A DNA stretch of 64,000 nucleotides, taken from positions 1-64,000 of the forward strand of contig KZ538000.1 of NCBI GenBank assembly GCA_000934665.2, given 5' to 3'. Made by a program: the position numbers and the translations under genes. Positions 38,688-50,400 of the stretch are shown in pieces; the first letter of the stretch is position 1, and every line of letters starts with the position of its first letter. The DNA comes from Catajapyx aquilonaris (taxonomy: Eukaryota). A model generated the notes under the pieces. The model was given only the letters and a program-made list of their open reading frames with translations, did no database searches and was not told the origin of the DNA.

Positions 38688-39019
38688 TTATCGCCTGCCG
38701 AGGCATTTTGCAGCGGGTGCTCACCTGAGAGCGCCATGAGACATTGCAGAGCCCAGGAAAGTGGCTACCCTACCGCACTAGGCTGAACTTTATAGGTACG
38801 AAAGGGAAGCGCTACATGCGGGCATGGCCACCGGCAACCATGTTGGGTCCCCCAATGTAGCCCTTCCCTTTCGTACCTATAAAGTTCAGCCTAGTCCGGT
38901 AGGGTAGCCACTTTCCTGGGCTCTGCAATGTCTCATGGCGCTCTTAGGTGAGCACCCGCTGCAAAACGCCCCGGCAGGGGGTGGGTGGGAGTGACCAGAC
39001 CTTACTTTCTATGACCATG
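38688..39019. mobile_element. Palindromic element, copy 2 (inverted relative to 17737-18090)
   Basis: ~120-bp inverted arms spanning 38694-38978; shares the loop gctacattgggggacccaacatgg and both non-palindromic tails with copy 1. Confidence 0.8.
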
Positions 39020-39077
39020 GTTCTGACATTGTATAGCGCAAGGATACGGTCGTCAGAAACTCTTATTTTGACATGTA

Positions 39078-40028
39078 TTTGCCCTACACCAGTGTAGTTC
39101 GCCCACCCCCCAAAAATGGAGTGCTGGGGTAATAAACAAAATGTGAATAAAAATCACCGTTAAGATTATTTAGACTTTAGAATAGAGCATTATGAGGCGT
39201 AACAATTCAGTTAGGCGGACACCAAAGTTGAAATTGATTTGACAGTTAACAACTGACATAAATATGATTACACTTGGACAGTGAATTTCCGTGGGGTCTG
39301 GTAAAAAATTGCTGCCACACGTTTATATGTTACTTGGCAGGACATTAATTTTAATAATTAACCTGGGGGCCACACAAACCTGAAGACAACATTAAAATTA
39401 ATTACAAAAATTCCATCACGGAATTTTTAAAATGTTTATCACGCCTTGCAGATATCGAATTTTCTGTGCATTTTTGAATACTGGGATTTTAAAAGCCATT
39501 TCATATTAATTCAATTGAAATTTTTTATCGTAGCACATTGGACTGAGGTCTAAATAGACCATGTCGTCACATTTTTATTTATTTATAAATAACACCGTAA
39601 AAGATTGTACACCAAAGTGTAACAATTTCAGAAAGAGTCCGCGAGCCATAAACATTTTAAAGTTCCGTGGTAGATTTTTGTAATTAATTGTAATATTGTC
39701 TTCGGGTTTGTGTGGCCCATAAAGTTCATTAATAAAATTAATGTCCTGATAAGTAACATTATTATAAACGTAGTGGCAGCAATTTTTACCAGACCCCACG
39801 GAAATTCACTGTCTAAATGTAATCATATTTATGTCAATTCTTAACTGTCAAATCAATTTCAACTTTGGTGTCCGCCTAACTGCATTGTTACACTTCATAA
39901 TTATCTATTCTAAAGTCCAGATAATATTAACAGTGATTTTTTATCACATTTTGTTTATTACCCCACCACTCCATTTGGGGGGGGGGGGNNNNNNNNNNNN
40001 NNNNNNNACTACACTGGTGTAGGGCAAG
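39078..40028. mobile_element. Tc1/mariner-type MITE with ~360-bp TIRs, TA TSD
   Basis: ta|tttgccctacaccagtgtagt ... actacactggtgtagggcaag|ta; arms at about 39078-39440 and 39648-40028. Confidence 0.8.
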
Positions 40029-41306
40029 TAGTATACCTATCGCGTTGAATCTAGGAAAATTTTATGAACCGAGTCACTCATGATTTAGCAACCTCACAAG
40101 TATTAATATTCGGAACAGCTAAGGAACCTATTAGCTCATAACGACTTGTTAGATCCTGCATTGCCGCGTTAAAAGTGAATTGCACACTTACAAGAGGTCG
40201 TGATCTCATCAGATGATCACTATAGGAAAGGTTGGCCATTTTATACGTACGAGTATTTAAGCAGTGACGCGATTGAATGGAAACTGGCTCAGAATTGGCC
40301 ATTTCCATGCCCTGAGCCAATAACCGACAGATTATCATCTATCTCAGTTTTCTTCTTTAATAGTCTCAGTCAAGTGCCCTTAACTCAGAGGCATACGATC
40401 ATTCATCTCCTAGTGCAAGACGTCAATCACTTTTTTCTGCAAATAATACCGTGAAGGAGTGATGCATTAGCTGTGCCTCAAAAATGCTGGTATCAGGAAC
40501 AATAATAAAAATGATTCTCATGTCAGATACTTCAGTGAAAAATCGTCTCCATGTTTTGAGCCATAAGTACGTGACCAAAATTCATTCAGGAAAAATTGAC
40601 ATTCATTTGTATACAAAACAGTTTTTTTCCATCGAAGCTGCTGGTTTAAGTGTGAAAAAATACTGCCTATGGTTGTTGTTTTATAATACTATATTCCACC
40701 TCTTCAAAAATCAGGCATTACTGTCGCTAGTGAATTCACGTACCGGCCTCTCTGATCAATTTCATCATAATCATCCGTCGTCCATATACGTGAAGTCAAA
40801 ATTGATGACTATTTGTACACACTTGCATCGTAATACAGTACATGTATTACTGGAAGGCGTTAGAGTACTTTCACGATTGGCATATTTCTTTCCCAAAATA
40901 TCTCTTCCCCCCCAAGGAGCGCGTATCAGTTCTGGCTGGTATGTTAATGAGTTCCTTGTGAAGTGTGAAATTCCACCTAGGACTCTTCACGAATCAGACA
41001 AGTGGCTGATCATTACCCACCTCATGGGATTATAATCAGTGGACCTATATGTTTCTCCGCTGGGATACAAGGTTCCTCTATCGGAAATATTTTATTGGTT
41101 AACCAAGCTCAAATCAACTTGGGGACCAAAGACCCACCGGGATTTTTCCAAAGTGATTTGACCTCTTTCTATCGTGTTTAACCCTTTGATGGCGACGGAC
41201 ATCATATGATGTCCGAGCTTACATTGCTGGAGGGCCTACGGACATCATATGATGTCCTGAGATTTGCCCTGCCAACTTGGGTCATTTTTCAACTCAAAAA
41301 ATTTCA

Positions 41307-42760
41307 ACCTCACCGATTTTCTTCAAATTCGGCGCATAGGTAGAGGTAGCCCACCCCAAGGGATGAAAAACGCACCTATAGTGACCTGATCAAAATGACC
41401 CTGTGACCCAATTTTGAGGGGGGCAGAGGTCAAATCATAAAATTTCGACCTCACCATTTTTTTTCAAATTCGGTCCATTGGTAGCCCACACCAAGGGATG
41501 AAAAACCACCTATAATGACCTGATCAAAATGACCCTGTGACCCGATTTTGAAAGGGGCAGAGGTCAAATCATAAAATTTCGACCTCACCGATTTTTCTGA
41601 AATTCGGTCCATTGGCAGCTCACTCCAAGGGATGACAAACCCACCTATAGTTCCCTGCTCGACATGACCCTGTGACCCATATTGGAGGGGGACATATGTC
41701 AATGCACCGAATTTCAAGAAAATCGGTGAGTAGGGCTGTGCGATATCCGAAATTGCATATCGACTTTCGATACTCAAAAAATATCGAATCGAGGTCGATA
41801 TATCGAAAATCGAAAAACCGACATCGAAAAATATCGAAAAATATCGCAAACCGACATCGCGATATTCGATACATCGCAAATGCCAAGCGTCGGATATCGA
41901 AGTTGCGTTATCCGACGCTTGGCATGTGCGGTGTATCGAATATCTCGATGTCGGTTTGCGATATTTTGCGATGTGCGATATTTTGCGATGTCGGTTTTTC
42001 GATTTTCGATATATCGACTTCGATGCGATATTTTTTAAGTATCGAAAGTCGATATGCAATTTCGGATATCGCCCAGCCATACCTATCGGTGAGGTCGAAA
42101 TTTTATGATTTGACCTCTGTCCCCCTCAAAATTGGGTCACGAGGTCATTTTGATAAGGTAACGATAGGTGCGTTTTTCATACCTTGGAGTGGGCTACCAA
42201 TGCACCGAATTTCAAGAAAATCGGTGAGGTCGAAATGTGACCTCTGCTACTCTCCTCCAATATGGGTCATAGGGTCATTTCGAGCAGGGAACTATAGGTG
42301 CGTTTGTCATCCCTTGGTGTGGGCTACCAATGCACCGAATTTCAAGAAAATCGGTGAGGTCGGAATTTTATGATTTGACCTCTGCCCCCCTCAAAATTGG
42401 GTCACGAGGTCATTTTGATCAGGTAACTATAGGTGCGTTTTTCATCCCTTTGGGTGGGCTACCTATGCACCGAATTTGAATAAAATCGCGGTGAGGTCAA
42501 AATTTGACCTCTGACCCCCTCCAATATGGGTCACAGGGTCATTTCGAGCAGGGAACTATAGGTGCGTTTGCCATCCCTTGGTGTGGGCTACCAATGGACC
42601 GAATTTGAGGAAAATTGGTGAGGTCAAAATTTTATGATTTGACCTCTGCCCCCCTCAAAATTGGGTCACAGGGTCATTTTGATCAGGTCACTATAGGTGC
42701 GTTTTTCATCCCTTGGGGTGGGCTACCTATGCACCGAATTTGAAGAAAATCGGTGAGGTC
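41307..42760. repeat. ~130-140-bp satellite-like units: ~3 in one orientation (41307-41700) and ~5 in the opposite orientation (41701-42760)
   Basis: Recurrent aaaatcggtgaggtc...gacctctg...gggtca...tataggtgcgttt...tgggctacc.atgcaccgaattt and its reverse complement. Confidence 0.9.
41731..42085. mobile_element. hAT-type palindromic MITE, 8-bp TSD TCGGTGAG
   Basis: TAGGGCTG terminus; almost wholly self-complementary and rich in atatcg/tcga; TSD at 41723-41730 and 42086-42093. Confidence 0.88.
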
Positions 42761-44264
42761 ACAAAATTTCCGGAAAAGGGGGAAAAAAAACTCAGGCCCT
42801 GGGGTAATGCAATCCCTCAAAAACTCCGCCATCAAAGGGTTAAATTCAGTTTCTTTTATAGCCTGTGATCAGGACAATAACCACTAGCGATGTTATTCTC
42901 CAAGAACATTTGTGAGATTCTCCTTTGGCCATGTTTACTTATAGCTCTAGACCTCTAGTCACAAATTCAAGCCAGTTGCTATTTCTCGCGTAGCCTATTA
43001 GCAGAAATTTTCACAGGTACTCTGACTCATTGTGAAAAACATGTAAGCAACTCACAGAAACCTCAGGTGGGCATCCAGGAGCTGGTCAGAGGTCCTATGA
43101 CACCTGGACTCGACAAGAAGCATTGTCCACTTTCGTGGACTCCGCTGAATAGCCTGAAAAGAAGTGAAAACTTATTCACACCTTGTGCATTAAGTGCGGA
43201 AAAAGTGAATGGTCATATTATAGGCTACAATGAGTATATGTGGAGAGGTGGTAAGATTTCAAGAGAGTGAGAATGTGAGATGATGGTAAGTAGAGTACAC
43301 CAGCAATATACGGTACGTCCTACATGGTGTCACCTATAAAATACAGCTTCCTCAAAGACTTGCAAATTGTGTCCCTTTTCGACCTTTGGACCACCTTTTG
43401 ACCACCTTATCTCATGAATTCTTGAGAATCAGGGTTTTTCTGGAAATGTGCTTTCTTTCTAGCAGATAAAGAACCAGAAAAACACATTTTGAACTTGAAC
43501 TCCACAGAAATTCGCGATGTCCCCTTGTATGTCGCACATACATGGCCATATTATGACCATCTCTGTATATCATAAACTAGAGACAATCTACAAATTTTAT
43601 TGTCATTTTCGTATTCATCACCTCGAAATTAGTCAAGATTTGCTCTTTGATTTCATAAGTTTTTTGGTGCCCAGTGTATTGGGCGGGAGCAGTTACGACA
43701 AAATTATACTCACTCGATCACTGATTTTGCACATGCGACAAAGTAATTTTGCCTATTGTTGTAACTCGAAATTGTCAAATTTGAATATACGGCGAGGTGC
43801 ATAACCTCCTGCCTGATATGATGGCGCACTTAACTCATTTTCGCCAAAAAAAGTCAGATACGACAAAATAATACTCAGGCCACGAAATATTGCATTCAGC
43901 TCATAATAATAAGCATTTGTGACATTTATGTACTGGGTGTCACTATAGATATCATTCATATTAGTCATCCACAAAATTAACACAAGGCGGCAGTATGGAT
44001 AAAAACATTAATATACAATAAAATACATTAATGTAACTCGAGATGACTGTAATCTCTCAATACGTATCTTTATACCGTATGAAGAGCGCGATCAAGATTA
44101 TGATGGTGAGTTGGGAAGGGAGTAGTAGATGACACTTTTACCATGGCTTCCAAGAAATGGTTTCTCGTTTTTTGCAACTTGGTAGGAGAATCAGCCTTTT
44201 GCTCCATTATCTTGATGGATGCAGTTTTGCCGGTGGGTGGGGGATTGGGGGAAAAACGGATGAT

Positions 44265-44400
44265 AAAGGAAGCCGCCGTGGCCTATTTTGGAGAACGCAT
44301 CTTGGCATGGATCAAGAAGAACTGAAAAGTACCTTATCCAGGATATCCGCCATCGAGATTCGAATCCGGGGCTTTCCAAGTGCCTTTGCCACTACACATG
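44265..44400 (-). mobile_element. Degraded SINE related to family 3
   Basis: aaggaagccgccgtggcctattt ... gattcgaatccgggg ... ccactacac resembles 28325-28480. Confidence 0.5.
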
Positions 44401-44485
44401 CCAATCTGTCTGTGTCTCTTTCTCTAAAATATTCATAGTAATTTTGTTTAAAAGAAATATTTAAATATTTCTTTACTAGAATATA

Positions 44486-44802
44486 ATAATCCGGTGTAGT
44501 GCTTGACCTCATCCGAGGTATGCAGCACGGATCTTTATTTATTATATCAAGTACATTTGAGCCTTTTTACGTAGCGCAGGATGACAGGAGGGGATGTGCA
44601 AGGTGCAGTGCAATGTCTTAAACGTGGCCATTTTTAGTGAACTCCCCCGGGTGGTTTAGTCTGTGGAAATACCACCCGAGACGAAGCCAGAGGTGACCCT
44701 GAACTCTGCACGAGATGAAGGGGGTGTCCCCGGGTTGGGATCGAACCCGAGACCTTAACATCCGTGGGCGCATACGTTACCGCAGCACCACTCCGCCTCC
44801 CC
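44486..44802 (-). mobile_element. tRNA-derived SINE, family 2
   Basis: A/B-box head on the minus strand; TSD tttactagaatata at 44472-44485 and 44803-44816. Confidence 0.88.
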
Positions 44803-44837
44803 TTTACTAGAATATATTGAATAGGGAAATGTAGTTT

Positions 44838-45151
44838 GGGGAAGGCGAAGTGGCGCAACGGTAACGTTCGCGCCCACGGATGTTAAGGTCCCGGGTTCGA
44901 TCCCAACCCGGGGACACCCCCTTCATCTCGTGCAGAGTAAAGTCCGACTTCGTCTCGGGTGGAATTTCCACAGGCTAATCCACCCGGGGGAGCTCACAAA
45001 ACGACCACATGCGGACAAGGCACTGCACTTGCACATCCCCTCCTGTCATCCCTTCCTGCCCGTGGGCCCGGGCGCTGTATAAATAGGATTCCAATTGTAG
45101 TTGACGATTAATAAAGGTCCGGCAAGACCCCAATACCCAATTATTATTATT
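44838..45151 (+). mobile_element. tRNA-derived SINE, family 2, with (ATT)n tail
   Basis: GGGGAAGGCGAAGTGGCGCAACGG...GGTTCGATCCC; 15-bp TSD aatagggaaatgtag at 44820-44834 and 45152-45166. Confidence 0.9.
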
Positions 45152-45238
45152 AATAGGGAAATGTAGAGTGGGTCGGATTCACTAACAAGGGAAGTGTCTG
45201 CAGGGCCATCGGCCAATCGGCCCGAAAATGACACTAGG

Positions 45239-47498
45239 GGGTAATTCCATGTGAGATCACCAAAAAAAAACTAAAATTCACCCCCTCTATTTTTTAATAA
45301 AACTGAAAATTGGAATATAAACTTACACCATAACAATGAAATATAACATATACATTCTTGAATCTAGGGGTCAATAGTTCACAAGTTACAAGCAAATGAA
45401 AAATTCCAAAAACCGAATACACGTGTTTCGAAATGGATTTATTCCTGAGTAGTTATTTATCTTACCTTAATTATTTTAGTATCAAATTTTTAGGAAAGGG
45501 AACTACTTTGCAATCTATATTTAACATTTTTAAAAAGCTATGTTTCAAAACATTTTTATGGGGGTCAAAATCCATGACCTTTGACATTTCAAAAAATGTA
45601 TTTTTGAAAATTACGTAAAAATGTACAATGACACTACAGACATATATCTAACTTGCCCATAAATTTAAACGAACAATTTTGCTTCGTTTTTGAGAAAAGA
45701 AATATAATAAATAATGATGTACAGCCAGGCTACCGACTGACCTCCAGTATTGAGTGCTTCTGCTTCTGCATGTCACTTACCCATAACTGTTCAAATACTT
45801 CTAATGTCAATTGAAGCCGTGGAATACATTTTACCATACGAGTACATTACACACGTGAGTTTAAAAAAATCACAGAACACACATTATAATTATGTCAGTA
45901 GTTCACGTGATAACTGATAAGTAACCAAAAAATTCCAACAGCAGGTGACTGTGAGTGGATTTTTTTGCATCATGCCATGGGAAGGGGCTATGTGACGGAA
46001 TTGGAGGGACAGTCAAAAGGATGACGGCCCGAGAGAGTCTGCATCGGCCCACCCACAATCAAATTGTGACAGCACAAGACATGTACGCTTCTGTCAGTCC
46101 ACATCATGCAGCATCCACTTTATTTTTGTATGCAATGAAGACGTCCAGGCAACGATAAAAAAGTTGCACCCAAGAACTGAAGCAGCTGTCACTATTACGG
46201 GAACTCAGAAACTCCATAGATTTATACCAACAACTAGGACTCAAATGAGGGTGCATTTTCTCTCTGCCAGCAACACCTCCAGGCTGGTGCGGGTGAGCAA
46301 GAACACCCAAGCAGCAGCAGAAGAGGAAGAAAAGCTGAAGAAAAGGTTACTTACGGTGTCGGATCATTCGTCGCATGCATTGCAGATGAAAATAAGGTGT
46401 TCTTAGGTCAGATTTCTGATGTGTCAATATGATGCAGCAAGAGAATTGTCATAACTACTGCTGGCCTCCAGGGGAAGACAGATGCTGGGTGTCAGTGCAC
46501 AAAATCCTCTGCTCTGTGCAGTGTAAATTCGACATAGTGACGGAAATTTACAATTTGACTGTGCAGGACATTGAAAAAATTGAATATCAACTCAAACATC
46601 GTGACAAGTAGTGACCGGAGAGGGTAAGAGACTATAACTTGAAATATTCCGATGCCTTCCTGTACTTCCTTTGTTCTCAATTTTTAACTACCTTAGTGTT
46701 GCAGTTACAATAGTCTACATACTGTAGTTGAAGCTAATGCAAGGTTTCACTTATGTTAATGTGCTGAGGAAGAAAGAAAGGTTCTTAGTTGAAAATATGC
46801 TCACCTGCTGTTGGAATTTTTTGGTTACTTAACACGTGAACTACTGACATATAATATGCGTTCTGTGATTTTTTAAACTCACGTGTGTAATGTACTCGTA
46901 TGGTAAAATGTATTCCACGTCTTTAATTGACATTAGAAGTATTTGAACAGTTATGGGTAAGTGACATGCAGAAGCAGAAGCACTCAATACTGGAGGTCAG
47001 TCGGTAGCCTGGCTGTACATTATTATTTATTATATTTCTTTTCTCAAAAACGAAGCAAAATTGTTCGTTTAAATTTATGGGCAAGTTAGATATATGTCTG
47101 TAGTGTCATTGTACATTTTTACGTAATTTTCAAAAATACATTTTTTGAAATGTCAAAGGTCGTGTATTTTGACCCCCATAAAAATGTTTTGAAACATAGC
47201 TTTTTAAAAATTTTAAATATAGATTGCAAAGTAGTTCCCTTTCCTAAAAATTTGATACTAAAATAATTAAGGTAAGATAAATAACTACTCAGGAATAAAT
47301 CCATTTCGAAACACGTGTATTCGGTTTTTGGAATTTTTCATTTGCTTGTAACTTGTGAACTATTGACCCCAAGATTCAAGAATGTATATGTTATATTTCA
47401 TTGTTATGGTGTAAGTTTATATTCCAATTTTCAGTTTTATTAAAAAATAGAGGGGGTGAATCTTAGTTTTTTTTGGGTGATCTCACATGGAATTACCC
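45239..47498 (+). mobile_element. Sola2 DNA transposon deletion derivative: ~700-bp TIRs, 4-bp TSD TAGG, transposase remnant
   Basis: tagg|GGGTAATTCCATGTGAGATCACC ... GGTGATCTCACATGGAATTACCC|tagg; near-identical TIRs at 45239-45948 and 46801-47498. Confidence 0.88.
45949..46611 (+). pseudogene. Frameshifted C-terminal transposase fragment, Sola2-like DDE domain
   Basis: Motifs in successive frames: FFASCHGKGLCDGIGGTVKR, TITGTQKLHRFIP and WPPGEDRCWVSVHKIL. From recall these match Sola2-type transposases. Internal stops and frameshifts; N-terminus absent. Confidence 0.8.
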
Positions 47499-50400
47499 TA
47501 GGGGTAAATCGCAGGCCAGAAATTCATTGGTGAAAGTAAAAAGTCGCATTAGCCAACCGTTTTCGAGCATCGGCAGAAGAAAAAAAAATAATGCACTTCC
47601 CAGCAAGCTGTTTATTTATTCCTGTTGATTGCAAAAGGGAAGATATGCGGTGATAAACGGTGTTGGGGAAGAAAGAAAAAGAAACCGATGCTCCGAGACT
47701 AGAGAGGGAGGGGGGGGGGGGGGAAAAGTCGCNNNNNNNNNNNNNNNNNNNNNNNNNNNNNNNNNNNNCTGAGCCACGAAGACTGTTTATAATTTCTTCT
47801 GCCGAATGCGCCCCATTGTCACCGAGCAGGTTTGCCGGGCACCTATAGTCGCCCATATCTCGAAAACGCTTGGCTAATGCGACTTTTTACTTTCACCAAT
47901 GAATTTCTGGCCTGCGATTTACCCCTAGTGTCATTTTCGGGCCGATTGGCCGATGGCCCTACAGACACTTCCCTTGTAAGTAGATCACTATCTGTACAAA
48001 TAATAAAGCTGCATATTTCTCGCTTATAAAATTATTCCCAGATAACAGGCAGACATGAAAGTCACACTGAGAGAGGATGCATATCCATCAACCAAGAGCT
48101 TGCAAACCTAGTCCGTTTATCATTCTGGCGAACAGCTGATAAGCTACCCTGTCCTCGACCTCCCCATGTCATCTGTCCTTCGCGACACCATGATTGTAAT
48201 AAATGCCAAAGGAAAGTTATCCTAGGGCTATGCAAGAAATGCAACCATCAGCACTCTATCAATGTGAAGAAGTGTGAACGTTTAGGGGGGGGGGGGGGNG
48301 GACCGCCCGTACTTTGCTAGAAGGCCGATGGCTGAATAGATCAGGAACGTATGCCCAAATTTTTTTCAAATCTCTGGTACATTATACTGTACCTGAGAAC
48401 TGACGAAGAGGTGGTAGCACTTTCGTCGACTAAATATGGAACATGTTCATCAAACTCACGCAGAGCTTGGAGATACTCTTGAATACGAGATCCATACAAT
48501 CATCACCATCTCCTAGCTAGGCATTATAATGCTAATGAACACAAAGTAATGTTGAGATGGTAGGGCGGTTACTACAAATGTTCCACAGACATCAGTCTCT
48601 ATACACAGCTATAGCAATTCCTGAATAAAAGTGAAAGAAGCCCTCATTTTATTTACTTCCACTTGAAGAAAGGAATCAGGGGTTGTGGTTGTTTGCGGGT
48701 CTTTCATCCGGGTAAATCGCTAGGAAGTCAGGCAGCCGCACTCCTCTACGACACATCAGGGAACAATGATATAGGGAGGAAAGAAAGCGGCTGGGAAATT
48801 CTTGAAAGCCAACCATCCCAGAATTACTGTATATTGTACACATTAATTCCCAGTATGGTACAGACGTGGTACTCGCTGCCTGAAAAGTTTCTGAGAGATG
48901 CACAAACTAAGGAATTTCTAGTGTAAGCTATACATTATTATTGTTAATAGCCCTACAAGATTTCATTTAAATAATCCTAAGCAGCACATGGAAGAACCTC
49001 ATTCACCTGAAATCTTTGGCATTAGCAGGCCACATGTATTAGTTATGCTGCAAATCATGAAACATCATCACCGTAATACAACATACCAATGGAAATAATG
49101 CATACCATGCGGTAACTTCTAACACTTTTACAAAATTGCCCAAACATGTCCACATGTATGAGGTAATTGCTGGCCGAGGATGGGCTGCAAAACCTCTTTG
49201 TTCATTATTCAATTGTGGGGGTAACTTTAGTAAGTACCTAATTTATAGATGAGCATGCTCTGAAAATAGCCCGTAACAGTTCCCGTTAACGAGATGAGAT
49301 GAGTGTCCATGAGAACACCTAAAGTGCTATTTATCATGCATAGGCCTACAACCTTCATTCGTAATTAGGTAATATGCATTGACAGCCTTATCACCATTTG
49401 CGCTTGCTGAGATTCAAGCTCAACCAAAAATTCACACTATACAATATTTGAATTAGCTTACAAGGCAAGGAACTTGAAAAATTTCTCAAGCTGGTTTTTG
49501 AAACAGTCTTTTGCCCTGTTAGGTATATTTAAGATGATGCCATACAGGTGTCCACCATTGTTCAGAAACACTTTAAAGAGTAGAAACTGAACGAGAGTGC
49601 GTGGTAGCCCTTTTCGGAATATTGCAAACAAAACAGTTCGGGATAATTATGTACCTCCAAAACTTCATAACACTCGTTTCACGTCGCCCTACATTGCATA
49701 ATATGTCTCATGCCAATGAATTTAATAAAATATTCACCTTGACTGAATATTACAGGATAGACTCAAATAATAATCATAGCGTAAAAATGTTCCTTTCAAC
49801 TCTGCTCGCCCGAAAAATCCCGGTCCTGTTATTAACCTGTGGGTTCCAGCAAGATCAAATTAACTTCATTAAACTGAATTTTCACTAGTTTCTATTATAG
49901 GCCAAGTTAACAAGAGTAGCAGCCTTGAACAAAACGAAAGGGAAGGGAGGGGTGCCCATATTGACTTTGTCTGAAGCAGGAACAAAATAAGAACACAACT
50001 AAGCGCGTGAGATGTGACCTCGTGCTCAGAATTTCGAATGACGGCTGATCGATACCTATTTTCTCACATAACTCAACTGAATATAATCTCATGCGTGAGT
50101 CAGGCAGCGCCTTTAAAATAATTTATCATCCGAATATAATACAATAAAACGCTTACTACAATACTAGGCTGAATATCTGATCAGAAAAAGTGACATATTA
50201 CATGCCAAACTTCACCATCATTTTCACATTTATTAGTGCTTGCTAGGTGAATTGGGAGGCTTTGAACCCTATATTTACAAAGCATCAAAGCCTATACTGA
50301 TACCATAAACACACCGACAAACAACTATAGTAACGTCTCCACTCTGATCCGTCTTCTATACAGGGTCTTGAACACCCTTAGCAGCCTCTTTTTCTTCTTC

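Larger units (their letters stand above)
41182..42839. mobile_element. piggyBac-type non-autonomous element carrying inverted tandem arrays
   Basis: TTAA|CCCTTTGATGGCG ... CGCCATCAAAGGG|TTAA; subterminal palindrome ggacatcatatgatgtcc twice (41197, 41240); ~130-140-bp internal repeats. Confidence 0.85.
45186..47976. mobile_element. Host MITE (~110-bp TIRs, 3-bp TAA TSD, possibly Harbinger-type) split by the Sola2 element
   Basis: taa|caagggaagtgtctg ... cagacacttcccttg|taa; the left TIR resumes at about 47503, after the insertion. Confidence 0.75.

Noticed and set aside
40484..41035. 183-aa ORF
   Set aside because: No recognisable motif, splice context or paralog, and composition looks like non-coding AT-rich DNA. 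A decayed element cannot be excluded without a search.
41451..42373. ORFs of 209 and 233 aa on opposite strands
   Set aside because: They are read-throughs of a palindromic MITE and satellite units; the two translations mirror each other and show no protein-like features.
21131..45151. SINE heads as functional tRNA genes
   Set aside because: They lack closed acceptor stems, continue into shared bodies and tails, and carry retrotransposition TSDs.
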